Shown here: piece by piece, positions 46,696 to 56,900 of the stretch | Layout: the number at the start of each line of letters is the position of its first letter | How positions within the stretch are numbered: position 1 is the first letter of the stretch | Origin: Gemmatimonadota bacterium | GTDB lineage: Bacteria > Gemmatimonadota > Gemmatimonadetes > Gemmatimonadales > Gemmatimonadaceae | Length of the DNA stretch: 64,000 nucleotides | Direction: 5' to 3' | Assembly (NCBI GenBank): GCA_023249305.1 | Contig: JAHFCU010000004.1 | Location: 10,399-74,398, forward strand | Program-made: the position numbers and the translations under genes | The notes under the pieces: model-generated | Seen by the model: only the letters and a program-made list of their open reading frames with translations | Database searches by the model: none | What the model was told of the DNA's origin: nothing

Positions 46696-47841
46696 ATGAC
46701 CTCGACCTACGCGGCCATTACCGGCTGGGGCAAGTGCATGCCGCCCGCCGTCCTCACGAATGACGATCTCTCGACGTTTCTCGACACGAACGACGAGTGG
46801 ATCACGACGCGTACTGGCATGAAGGAGCGCCGGATTTCGCACGTCAGCGGCATCGAGATGGCCTCGCTGGCCGCGTCGCGTGCGCTCGCGTGCGCCGGAC
46901 TCGCCGCAGGCGACGTGGACCTCATCGTCTTCGGAAGCACCAGCTACGAGGAGCAGGTGCCCAACACCGCTTCGGCGGTGCAAGTGAAGCTCGGGGCCAG
47001 GAGCGCGGCCTCGATGGACGTGAACACGGCGTGCACGAGCTTTCTCTACGGCCTCACCTCGGCCACGTCCATGATCCGCACGGGCGTGGTGCGCAACGCC
47101 GTGGTCATCGGCGTCGAACTCATCAGCCCGTACATGGACTGGAGCAATCGCAATGTGGCGGTGCTGTTCGGTGACGGCGCCGCCGCCGTCGTCTTGCAGG
47201 CCACGGACAAGAAAGAAGGCGTGCTTGGCAGCGTGCTCGGCTGCGACGCCGAGGCACGCGCGGTGTTGCGCATCCGCGGCTTCGGCTGTGGCTATGCCAA
47301 CCGCGGCGTCTCACTCGGCGATACACTCTGGGACTTCGACGGGCCGCAGATCTTCAAGCGCGCCGTCAAGGGAATGAGCGAGGCGTCGGCCAGGGTGATG
47401 GCATCGTGCGGCGTCACCGCCGACGACATTGATCTCTGCATTCCGCACCAGGCCAACCTCCGCATCATCGAGGGCGTGGCCAAGTACGCCGGTGTGCCGA
47501 TGGAGAAGGTGATACTCACCGTGCAGAAGTACGGCAACATGAGCGCGGCCACGGTGCCGGTGGCGCTCGTCGAAGCGCTCGAGGAAGGACGCGTGCGCCC
47601 GGGCGCCACGCTGCTGATGCCAGCGTTTGGCGGCGGCCTCACCTTCTGCTCGCTCTTGGTGAAGTGGGGCGATCGCGTGACGCCGCTCGGCGAGTCAGAC
47701 CGCCAGCTGCCGCCGGCCACCAAGACCGCCCTCGAAATGGTCAATGAATACCGCGCGGGCCAAGATCCGCACGGCCGGTCGAAGGCCGGCTTGATGTCGC
47801 CGGTGTTCGTCGAGGCTGCCGCGAGCGCCGCGACCGCCTGA
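46696..47841 (+). CDS. 3-oxoacyl-ACP synthase III (KAS III / FabH-like) with a roughly 50-aa C-terminal extension
   Basis: ORF 46531..47841, trimmed to ATG 46696. Motifs are NDEWITTRTGMKERR, NTACTSFLYG (active-site Cys), HQANLRI and GNMSAATVP. Confidence 0.8.
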   Translation: MTSTYAAITGWGKCMPPAVLTNDDLSTFLDTNDEWITTRTGMKERRISHVSGIEMASLAASRALACAGLAAGDVDLIVFGSTSYEEQVPNTASAVQVKLGARSAASMDVNTACTSFLYGLTSATSMIRTGVVRNAVVIGVELISPYMDWSNRNVAVLFGDGAAAVVLQATDKKEGVLGSVLGCDAEARAVLRIRGFGCGYANRGVSLGDTLWDFDGPQIFKRAVKGMSEASARVMASCGVTADDIDLCIPHQANLRIIEGVAKYAGVPMEKVILTVQKYGNMSAATVPVALVEALEEGRVRPGATLLMPAFGGGLTFCSLLVKWGDRVTPLGESDRQLPPATKTALEMVNEYRAGQDPHGRSKAGLMSPVFVEAAASAATA

Positions 47842-47921
47842 CCGCCTGACTGCCTAATCGTCTGACCACGCGCGCCGCGGCCGCGCGGTGCGCATCCACT
47901 TGCCACGGCGCTCGCTCGGCC

Positions 47922-49514
47922 TCAGACCTTCGTCGGCACCTGCGCCATCGCGCGCTCGGCGAGCGCCGTGATCGTCAGAGACGGATTCACGCCCGGATTC
48001 GCCGGCATCGCCGAGCCGTCGCAGATCAGCATGTTCTGGTAGCCGAACACGCGGTGGTCGCAGTCAATCACGCCGGTGGATGCATCCGCTCCGATCACCG
48101 CGCCGCCGAGGATGTGCGCCGTGGTCGGGATGTTGGCCGCGGCCTCGAGTAAACTGCTCTGCGCCACGCCCCCCGTATAACGCGCAAGAAACTCGGCCGC
48201 CTCGTTCGCCTTCGGAATGAACGTGGGATTCGGCTTCTCCGCGTCTTGTTCGGTTCCGATCGTCACGCCGCGGCCGAACCAGCCTCGCTTGGCGCGGAAT
48301 CGCATCGCGTTGTCGCTCGACTGCATCACGAGGATGATCAGCGAGCGTCTGCTCCACCCGACGGGCCAGAGCGTGCCGAACGAGCGCAGCGGATGGCGGA
48401 CAAACTGCCAGAGCAGCATCAGCGGCCGGGTGAGCCGTGTGCCATTGCCCGTGAGCGGTGCCTCCAGCAGTGCGACGGCGTCGCCGTGCTTGCCGTACGT
48501 GCAGAGCTCGATGTGCGTGTCGTAGTCGGGGTGAATGCTGGCGCTGATCGCGACGTCGGCCCACGGCTTCTTGGTGTCATCGGGCAGCGTGACGGCGAGG
48601 ATTGATTCACTGTTGCTGCGCACCAGGGCGCCCAGTCGGTCGCTAATGAGTGGCAGCGATCCGCCGTGCTTGAGGTTCGCGAGCAGTTCACCTGTGCCGA
48701 GCGCCCCGGCCGAGAAGACGACGCCTCGCGCGGTGAACGTGCGCTGGTTCTTCCGAACCCAGGCGCCCGGTCGTTCCGTCGTCACCTCGTAGCCGTCGCT
48801 GCCATCCGCCGCGCCGAGTGGACGCACGTCCACGACACCGTGCTCGGCAAGTACCGAAGCGCCTTTCCGCTCGGCAAACCAGAGATAGTTCTTGAGCAGC
48901 GTGTTCTTGGCGCCGTCTCGGCAGCCGACCATACACGCGCCACAGCGCGTGCATCCCGTGCGCGGCGGGCCTTCGCCGCCGAAGTACGGATCCGGCACTT
49001 CCTCGCCCGCCTTGCCGAAGAACACGCCCACCGGCGTGCGTGTGAATGTGTCGGCCACGCCGAAATGCTCGCCAAGCGCCTTGATGAGCTCCTGCCCGTC
49101 GCTGCCGAACGGCACTTGTTGCACGCCGAGCATACGCTCCGCGGTGTCGTAGTGTGGCGCGAGCTCCGCTGGCCAGTCGGCGAGGCCCTTCCACTGCGGA
49201 TTCTCGAAGAACGCAGGCTTCGCGCGATAGAGCGTGTTCGCGTACACGGCACTGCCGCCGCCCACCGCGGTGCCGCTGGCGATGAAGATGTCCTTGAACG
49301 GCGTGAGACGAAAAATGCCGCGCAGCCCGAGTGAAGGCGCCCAGAGCCATCGGCGCAGCTCCCACGTGCTCTTGGCGTAGTCTTCATCGCGATATCGCCG
49401 CCCGGCTTCGAGCACGGCGACGCGGTACCCCTTCTCCGTCAGCCGCAGCGCGGAGACGCTACCGCCGAATCCGGAGCCGACGATGATCCAGTCGTAATCG
49501 AGCGCCGGTGTCAT
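47922..49514 (-). CDS. GMC-family FAD oxidoreductase (cholesterol-oxidase-like)
   Basis: ORF 47922..49682, trimmed to ATG 49514. The sequence DYDWIIVGSGFGGSVSALRL is an FAD-binding fold, and a C-terminal GMC motif (H..GG..IG) is present. Confidence 0.85.
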   Translation of the reverse strand: MTPALDYDWIIVGSGFGGSVSALRLTEKGYRVAVLEAGRRYRDEDYAKSTWELRRWLWAPSLGLRGIFRLTPFKDIFIASGTAVGGGSAVYANTLYRAKPAFFENPQWKGLADWPAELAPHYDTAERMLGVQQVPFGSDGQELIKALGEHFGVADTFTRTPVGVFFGKAGEEVPDPYFGGEGPPRTGCTRCGACMVGCRDGAKNTLLKNYLWFAERKGASVLAEHGVVDVRPLGAADGSDGYEVTTERPGAWVRKNQRTFTARGVVFSAGALGTGELLANLKHGGSLPLISDRLGALVRSNSESILAVTLPDDTKKPWADVAISASIHPDYDTHIELCTYGKHGDAVALLEAPLTGNGTRLTRPLMLLWQFVRHPLRSFGTLWPVGWSRRSLIILVMQSSDNAMRFRAKRGWFGRGVTIGTEQDAEKPNPTFIPKANEAAEFLARYTGGVAQSSLLEAAANIPTTAHILGGAVIGADASTGVIDCDHRVFGYQNMLICDGSAMPANPGVNPSLTITALAERAMAQVPTKV

Positions 49515-49566
49515 GGCGTCGCTGCGGATCGTGGTGACGGCATCGACGCGCGTCGTCGCCGGTGGG

Positions 49567-50094
49567 CTAGTCGTCGCGGTACGGCGACGCGCCGTAGCCG
49601 AGTTCGCCGAAGATCTCCGCGGCGCTCTTGCGGCGCGGGGCGCCCTTGTGGCGCGGCCGCGCGTGGAGCGGCGGCCGTTCACTCGGCGGCAACAGGTCCT
49701 TCACCATCTCGACGAGCTGGTGGCTCAGGTGCTGGCCGTACTTGTACAGCGCCACGACACGCTTCTTGTTGCCGAGGAGAAACGCGAGGATCGCCTTATC
49801 CTTCTTGGCCGCGTTGCACGCCTTGCAGCAGAGCACGAGGTTGTCGCGCCGGTCATAGGCCGTCTGTCCGCGCCGCGGCGTCACGTGGTCGAGCGTGATG
49901 CTGCGCGGCGGCACCGCGCGCTCGCAATAGGCGCACACGGGTCCGTGTTGCTCGAGCAGCCACTCGCGGGTGTCGCTGTACGCGGCGCGTCCGGTGGGGA
50001 CCGACGTGAGCGTCACCCGCGGAGCGGCGGTGTAGGCGCCGCCTTTCTTGCGGCGCGACCGGCGGCGCGAGCGAGCCGGAGGCTTGGCGCTCAT
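49567..50094 (-). CDS. HNH endonuclease-domain protein with a very basic N-terminus
   Basis: 175 aa. The HNH signature is CAYCE...LDHV.PR......DNLVLCC..CN..K. Its ATG overlaps the upstream stop (TGATG). Confidence 0.8.
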   Translation of the reverse strand: MSAKPPARSRRRSRRKKGGAYTAAPRVTLTSVPTGRAAYSDTREWLLEQHGPVCAYCERAVPPRSITLDHVTPRRGQTAYDRRDNLVLCCKACNAAKKDKAILAFLLGNKKRVVALYKYGQHLSHQLVEMVKDLLPPSERPPLHARPRHKGAPRRKSAAEIFGELGYGASPYRDD

Positions 50095-51014
50095 CAGGGT
50101 TGCTGCCTCGCCGGTCCGGCGGCCTTGACCTGCGCCTTCGTCTTGTACGCCATGTCCGGCGGCGCGTCCCCATTCGGCCAGTCGAGTTCCTTACCCGGAA
50201 TATCCGGACGCGGCCGCGAGAGCAAAAAGCCGGCCACATCATTGGCGATGGAATCGGCAACGAAGCCCGGCGCGTCGAACGGCATATGGTGATGCACGAA
50301 TGCCGCGACGATCCGCTGGCGCGACATCTCCGACCCGATCGTGAACGACCCCTTCCCCCACAGCGGTGGCCCGGGGTTCAAGACGCCGAGGCTCTTGCCT
50401 CCCTGCCCTTCGGGCCCGTGGCACCGCGAGCAGTACAGTGCGAACTGCGTCTTGCCGCGCACGGTGTCGGGTGAAATCAGGGGAATCGAGTCCACCGCGA
50501 GTCCCCCATGCGGCCCCTTCGGCATGTCCTTGGAGAGCCACGTCATGTACGCCACGATGTCGCGCAGGTCGGCGCTGCCGGCAGGCAGCGGCTTGCCGTT
50601 CAGGCTCCGGCGGAAGCAGTCGTTGATACGGTCCTCGAGGCTCACCGTCGTGCCCGTGCGCGCCCACTGCGCCGGATAGCGGTTCGAGACGCCCACCCAC
50701 GGATTTCCGAACGGCTTGCGTCCCTTGTTGAGATGGCACGACGTGCAGCGCAGTTCGTTGCCTGCGAACGCCGGCAGCGAGTCACGGGTGGCCGTCAGGA
50801 GCGCCAAGCCGCGCTGAATCGAGCGTGACGCGGAATCCTGCGTCAACAGCGACTCCGCCGGCGCCGGCAGAAGCGTGTCGGGTGCCGCGGCTGTCGTCGT
50901 GGCCGGCGCCTTCTCGCCGCCGCTGCACGCGGCGACGATGACGAACGCGCTCATCAGCGCCCACGGAGCGCGCGCGACGCGCGCTGACCGCGACTGACCT
51001 TCAACCTGACGCAT
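50094..51014 (-). CDS. di-haem c-type cytochrome lipoprotein (TsdA-like family by motif resemblance)
   Basis: ORF 50094..51065, trimmed to ATG 51014 (GGAGG 8 nt upstream). The lipobox is FVIVAAC. There are two CxxCH sites (CTSCH, CSRCH) and an RINDCFRRSLNG segment. Confidence 0.75.
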   Translation of the reverse strand: MRQVEGQSRSARVARAPWALMSAFVIVAACSGGEKAPATTTAAAPDTLLPAPAESLLTQDSASRSIQRGLALLTATRDSLPAFAGNELRCTSCHLNKGRKPFGNPWVGVSNRYPAQWARTGTTVSLEDRINDCFRRSLNGKPLPAGSADLRDIVAYMTWLSKDMPKGPHGGLAVDSIPLISPDTVRGKTQFALYCSRCHGPEGQGGKSLGVLNPGPPLWGKGSFTIGSEMSRQRIVAAFVHHHMPFDAPGFVADSIANDVAGFLLSRPRPDIPGKELDWPNGDAPPDMAYKTKAQVKAAGPARQQP

Positions 51015-51134
51015 CGCGCAAGCCTCCGAACCAAGGTGATGAGGGAGTAATCTGCGCGCCGTCACGCCATCGTACCAGACGGTGAGCGGCCGCTTCCTCT
51101 TCCCGAACTGCCCGCTGCGCCCTCAATTCGTGGC

Positions 51135-53918
51135 ATGCTCATTCCACTCGCTCTCGCCTTTCAGGCCCGCGTCGCCGCCCCATCGCTTCCGAAGCGCGAC
51201 ATCCCCGACCCCGGTGTCATCGCGACCGATCAGCGCGTTACACCCGCGGGTGTGCAGTCTGTCTTCACTGGCCGAGTCAGCGGCGTGCGCTTCGGCGCGT
51301 CGTCGAGCGAACTCTGGGTCGCCGCGCCGGGTGGCGCGTATCGCCTGAACTGGACCGAGAACCGCGTGATCGCGCACGGCGCGTACGACGGCCGGCCCGG
51401 CGTGCAGGGCGTCGCCTTCGATGTCGCGACGAACCGCGCCTACGTCACGAGCGTCGGCCGACTGCCGGCGTCGGTTGCGAACAACCGCGTGCCCGGCGAG
51501 CCGGAGAAGCCCGGCGCGCGCGTCATCGCCCAGCTGCGCGCCTTCGCCCTCGGCGGCGCACCGCCTGAGGTGCCGGGATCACCGCCCAAGGCCGCACTCG
51601 CGTTCCGCACGGATTCGATCGGCGACTATCTCGCCGGATCACCCTCGCTGGCGCGTGCGAAGAACGCGAGCGGGCATCGGCCGCTCGTCGTTCCGCTCCC
51701 CGCGAATGACTACCTCGCCCTCTTCGACGCCGACGATGGCACTCCGCTCGGCGGCGTCGCGCTCGGCGTGCTCCCCGTCGCGAGCGTCACCAGTGACGAC
51801 GGCGCCACCGCGTGGGTGAGTGTCTTCGGCGGCGCAAAGCCGACGGCGAGGAGTCGCGCGTCGCTTCAGTGCTGCGATCCGCGCGCCGAACGCGTGCGCG
51901 TCGACGCGCGCGGCATCGCCGAGCGCGGCAACGTCGTGCAGGTGGACCTCGTGGCCCACACCGTGACGGCATCCATCGAGACGGGGTTGCATGCCATCGG
52001 CATTGCCTGGGACCAACCGCGCGCCCTCTTGTATGTCGCCAACGGAAACTCTGACGACATCACCGTGGTGGACACCCGCGCCGCGCGTCCCGTCGGCTCG
52101 ATCACCATCGCGCCGTTCCACGAACGCAAGATTGGGCTTGCTCCGACCGCGGTCGCGCTCGCGCCCGATGGGCGCACACTCTTCGTGGCGCTCGGCGGCA
52201 TCAACGCCGTCGCGATGTACGATGTGAGCGCCGGCGCGGCCGCGTCGGCCAAGCTGCTTGGTCTCATTCCGACTGGTTGGTACCCAACGTCGCTCGACGT
52301 CAGCGCCGAGGGCCGCACGCTCGCGGTCGGCACGCTCCTCGGCGTCGGGTCGGGCCAGGGACGCGCGTCCGGACATCCTGGTGTGAAGGGCGGCTACGTG
52401 CACGCCAATCGCGGCTCGGTGAACGTCATTGCTGTGCCGACGAGCGCACAACTCACGGCCTACACCACCAGCGTCGCGCAAAACAACCGGCTCACGCTCA
52501 CGAAGGATGCCGCGCGGGAGATCGCGCCACGCCGCAATGTGGTCGCGCGCCCCGTGCCTGAGCGTCCGGGCGAGCCAAGCCCCATTCAGCACGTGGTCTT
52601 CATCATTCGCGAGAACCGCACGTATGACCAGGTGCTCGGCGACCTCGGTCGCGGCGCCGGCGATTCGTCGCTTGTGCTGTACGGCCGCGACGTCACACCA
52701 AACACGCACGCGCTCGCCGAGCAGTTCGTCACGCTCGACCACTTCTTCGCGAGCGGCGGGAACAGCGCGGATGGTCATCAATGGCTCACACAGGCCAACG
52801 AGACGGAGTATCCGTATTGGCCGCTGTACCAGGGACGCAGCTACCCCTTCGCCGGCGAGGATGCGCTCACCTACTCGAGCGGCGGCTTCCTCTGGGAAGC
52901 GGCCCAGCGGCTGAAGAAGACAGTCTCCATCTTCGGCGAGTATGCTCCGGAGCTGCATAAGCAGACCGCCAAGATGCGCAGCGACATGCTCGCCGAGTGG
53001 AAGAGCCGTGCGTCGTTGCCTGCCGGTTACTTTTCGGAGCGTTTCAAGAAGCTCTACAACACCCGCAGCGACATTCCGTCGCTGGATCGGGCGCTGGTGC
53101 GCGAGTACCCGGGTTGGACACTGGGCGCTCCAGATGTCGCTTCCGCCGAGGTTATCCTCGACCACCTCAGGAAGTGGGAGGCCGCCAAGGCGATGCCCAA
53201 CCTCGTGATGGTCATTCTCCCCAGCGATCACACCGAGGGCACGAGCGCGGGCTGGTGCACGCCGAAAGCTTGCGTGGCGGATAACGACCTCGCGACCGGC
53301 AGGGTCGTTGAAGGTCTCAGTCACTCGTCCTTCTGGCCCTCGATGGCCATTCTCGTCGTGGAAGACGATGCGCAAGACGCGGTGGACCACATTGATGGCC
53401 ATCGCACCGTCGCGCTTGTTGCGAGCCCGTACGCGCGACGAGGCGTCGTGGATGGCACGTTCTACAGCCAGCCGTCCATGGTGAAAACCATCGAGTTGAT
53501 GCTTGGCCTTCCCGCGCTCTCGATGTTCGACCTCGTCGCGACGGACATGCACGCCAGCTTCCTCGCGCCAGGCGAGAAACCCGACCTCACGCCGTTTGTG
53601 GCGCTCGAACCGAAGCAGAGCCTGTTCGACGTGAATGTGAAAGTCGGCGCGATCACCGGCCCGTACGCTGCCGAACGACGGGCCGCTGCCCTGGCGAGCG
53701 CACGTATGGACTTCTCGCAGCCCGACGCCGCGCCGTCCGATCGGCTCAATGCCATCCTCTGGCACGATGCCCGCGGATGGAACGTCCCGTATCCGGGCGT
53801 GAAGCGCGCCGTGTTCTTCCCGCTCAGCATTCATCTCGCCGATGACGAACGCGAAGAACGGTCCGACCGCACGCCGCGTGCGAGCACGGCGCGGGTCAGC
53901 GCGCCGCAACGCAAGTGA
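51135..53918 (+). CDS. fusion protein: YVTN/YncE-type beta-propeller plus phosphoesterase (PLC/AcpA, PF04185-type) domain
   Basis: 927 aa. The N-terminal half has repeated ...YV.N...D.I.V.D motifs. The C-terminal half starts with HVVFIIRENRTYDQVLGDL, the phosphoesterase-family signature. Confidence 0.75.
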   Translation: MLIPLALAFQARVAAPSLPKRDIPDPGVIATDQRVTPAGVQSVFTGRVSGVRFGASSSELWVAAPGGAYRLNWTENRVIAHGAYDGRPGVQGVAFDVATNRAYVTSVGRLPASVANNRVPGEPEKPGARVIAQLRAFALGGAPPEVPGSPPKAALAFRTDSIGDYLAGSPSLARAKNASGHRPLVVPLPANDYLALFDADDGTPLGGVALGVLPVASVTSDDGATAWVSVFGGAKPTARSRASLQCCDPRAERVRVDARGIAERGNVVQVDLVAHTVTASIETGLHAIGIAWDQPRALLYVANGNSDDITVVDTRAARPVGSITIAPFHERKIGLAPTAVALAPDGRTLFVALGGINAVAMYDVSAGAAASAKLLGLIPTGWYPTSLDVSAEGRTLAVGTLLGVGSGQGRASGHPGVKGGYVHANRGSVNVIAVPTSAQLTAYTTSVAQNNRLTLTKDAAREIAPRRNVVARPVPERPGEPSPIQHVVFIIRENRTYDQVLGDLGRGAGDSSLVLYGRDVTPNTHALAEQFVTLDHFFASGGNSADGHQWLTQANETEYPYWPLYQGRSYPFAGEDALTYSSGGFLWEAAQRLKKTVSIFGEYAPELHKQTAKMRSDMLAEWKSRASLPAGYFSERFKKLYNTRSDIPSLDRALVREYPGWTLGAPDVASAEVILDHLRKWEAAKAMPNLVMVILPSDHTEGTSAGWCTPKACVADNDLATGRVVEGLSHSSFWPSMAILVVEDDAQDAVDHIDGHRTVALVASPYARRGVVDGTFYSQPSMVKTIELMLGLPALSMFDLVATDMHASFLAPGEKPDLTPFVALEPKQSLFDVNVKVGAITGPYAAERRAAALASARMDFSQPDAAPSDRLNAILWHDARGWNVPYPGVKRAVFFPLSIHLADDEREERSDRTPRASTARVSAPQRK

Positions 53919-53988
53919 GCAGCCGTGCGTTTCGAACGTAAATGACCTGCCTGCGTCTTCCTCGCTGGAATCCCTCGGAGAACTGTCC

Positions 53989-56900
53989 GTGCGTCGTGCC
54001 CCGCGTCGTGCCTTAATTGCAGCAATCGCCGCTCTAGCGGCCGTCCTCCCCCACGTTGCTGGTGCCCAAGCGCGCGCGCCGTTCGACGCACTGCATTTCC
54101 GCGAGATCGGCCCCGCCGCCACCGGCGGTCGCATCCACGACGTGCAGATTGACCCGCGCAACCCGGCGGTGCTGTACGTCGCGTCCGCGTCGGGTGGCAT
54201 CTGGAAGTCCACCAACAAGGGACTCACCTGGAAGGACATCTTCGTGGGTCAGCCCGACAACACGTTCGGTGCGCTCGCCATCTTCGACGGGGACACTCGC
54301 ATCATCTGGGCCGGCACCGGCGAGCAGAACAATCGGCAGAGCTCGTCGTGGGGCGGCGGCGTCTATCGCACCACCGATGGTGGCGACTCGTGGAGCTTCC
54401 TCGGCTTGCACGACACGCGTTCGATAGGGCGCGTTGTCGCCCATCCGACCGATCCTGCCGTCGCTTGGGTGGCGGCCGTCGGAAACCTGTGGAAGCCGAC
54501 CGCCGAACGCGGCGTGTTCAAGACCACCGACGCGGGCCGCACGTGGACCAAGGTGCTCTACGTGGATTCGCTGACCGGCGCGACGGACCTCGTCATGGAT
54601 CCGCACAATTCGCAGGTGCTGTACGCCGCCACGTATCAGCGATTGCGCAAGACGTTCGGCTTCAACGGCGGCGGCCCGGGCAGCGCCATCTACAAGACCA
54701 CCGACGGCGGTGCGACGTGGACGAAGCTCGAGAACGGCGTCCCTGCCGGTGACCGGGGACGCATCGGCCTTGCCATCGCGCAGTCGCGCCCGGACGTGCT
54801 CATCGCGACCATCGAGCACGCGACAGCAGGAGGTACATACCGCACCGAGGACGCGGGCGCGACGTGGAAGCGCATGAGCGCCGCGAATCCGCGGCCGATG
54901 TACTACAGCAAGCCCACCATCGACCCGACCAACTCGCTGCGGGTCTGGCTTCCCGGCACGTACATCGTGAAGAGCGAGAACGGCGGCGCGACGTTCGAGG
55001 AGGCGCCGACATCGCCCACCTACGACGTCGGGCTCAAGACCGACCATCACGTGCTGCTCGTGGATCCTGCGAATCCGTCGCACATCTACGTCGGAGGCGA
55101 CGGCGGCCTGCACGAGAGCTTCGACATGGGGAAGACGTACATCCGCCTGAACAACATCCCCATCGGGCAGATCTACAAGATCGCCGTGGACGATCGCGAT
55201 CCGTATTGGATCTACGCTGGCTTTCAGGACAACCACTCCTTCATGGGCCCGAGCGCCACGCGGCACTGGCTAGGCATCCTCAACCAGGACTGGTTCGAAA
55301 TCGGTTTCAGCGACGGTACCGGCAAGGCGGTGGACAAGGCCGACTGGCGCAGGGTGTACTCGTCGTCGAGCGGCGGCAACTTGTCGCTCGCGGATCCGGT
55401 CACTGGCGATGTCATGGGCATCACGCCGCGCCCACCGCAAGGCGAGCCGCCTTACCGCTTCGACTGGGACGCACCGGTCATCGCATCCAGGCACACCGGC
55501 GGCACAGTGTATCTCGGCGGAAACCGGCTGTTCATCTCCAAGGACTATGGTTCGTCGTGGACGCGCACCGACGATCTCACGCGCAGTATCAACCGCGATA
55601 CGCTCGTGATGATGGGCGTGAAGAACCGCGACATCCGTCTTTCGCGCAATGATGGCGACGCGATCAGCGAGATCACGGCCATCGCCGAGTCGCCGCTCGA
55701 CGCGAAGATCCTCTGGGTCGGCACCGACGACGGCAACGTGCAGTTGAGCACCGACGGCGGCGCAACATGGAGCAATCTCAGCGCGAACATTCGCGGCGCG
55801 CCGGATGGCGCCTATGTTGGCGAGATCGTCGCGTCTGCCGCTTCCAGGGCCACCGCGTACGTGGCCATTGACGCGCACCGAGACGGTGACTTTGCGCCGT
55901 ATCTCGTCCGCACCACCGACTTCGGCCAGTCGTGGTCGGCCGTTACCAGCGGCCTGCCTCGCGACGACGCTTCCGTTCGCGCGCTCACCGAGTATCCGGG
56001 CAAGGCCAACGTGCTGTTCGCGGGCACGGAACGCGCGCTGTTCGTCACGCACGACAGCGGCGCGCACTGGAACAAGCTGAGCGCGAACCTCCCTACTACG
56101 CGCTACGATGACATTCTCGTGCACCCGCGCACGAAGGACCTCGTCCTCGGCACGCACGGACGCAGCCTGTGGTTGCTCGACGACGCCTCGCCGATCGCCG
56201 AGTGGACGCCGGAACTCGCCGCCAAGCGCGCGCACCTGTTCGCCGTGCCGCGCGCGACGCTGACGCTGTACTGGGAAGACGTGTCGAACATGGCGCACTA
56301 CTTCTACGCGGCGGAGAATCCCGCCGAAGGCGCTGCGTTCACGTACCATCTTGCACAGCCCGCGAAGCAGGTGCGCTTGCTCGTCACGACGAAGGACGGC
56401 AAGGCGCTGCGCGAGATCGCGGGCCCCACGGCCGCCGGCGTGATTCACCGCGTGCAGTGGGATCTTCGGTATCCGCTGCCGACGGGCGCGGCGCGCTTGG
56501 GCGGCGGCGGTGGCGGCGGTGAGGAAGGCGGCGGTGGCGGCGGCCCCGGCGCGCAACGCGCGGGCGTCGTCCAACTCCCGATTCCCGCGCACGACATCGC
56601 GGCGCGGGGCCCGATGGTGGCGCCCGGTGCGTTCAAGGTTTCGCTCGAGGTGGACGGTGTGATCGTCGAGTCGCGCTCCTTCGACGTGCGCGCTGATCCC
56701 GCCTCGACGCTGAAGCTCGCCGATCACAAGGCGCGCGAAGCGTTCGCCGTCGAAGTGATGCAGAAGCTCGCGCACATGGACTCACTCGCGGCGCGAATCG
56801 GCGCCAAGCGAGCCGCGTCCACTGGCGCGGAGGCCGAGCGGCTGCAAGCGCTCGAGCAACGGCTGGTTGGCGGGCGCGGTGTCTTCGGCGGCGGCGCGGG

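Noticed and set aside
47842-47921. GC-rich near-palindrome (CACGCGCGCCGCGGCCGCGCGGTG) between the FabH-like and GMC genes as a terminator.
   Set aside because: The arms do not pair cleanly when written out, with several mismatches, and there is no U-tract. I did not think it was supportable as a feature.
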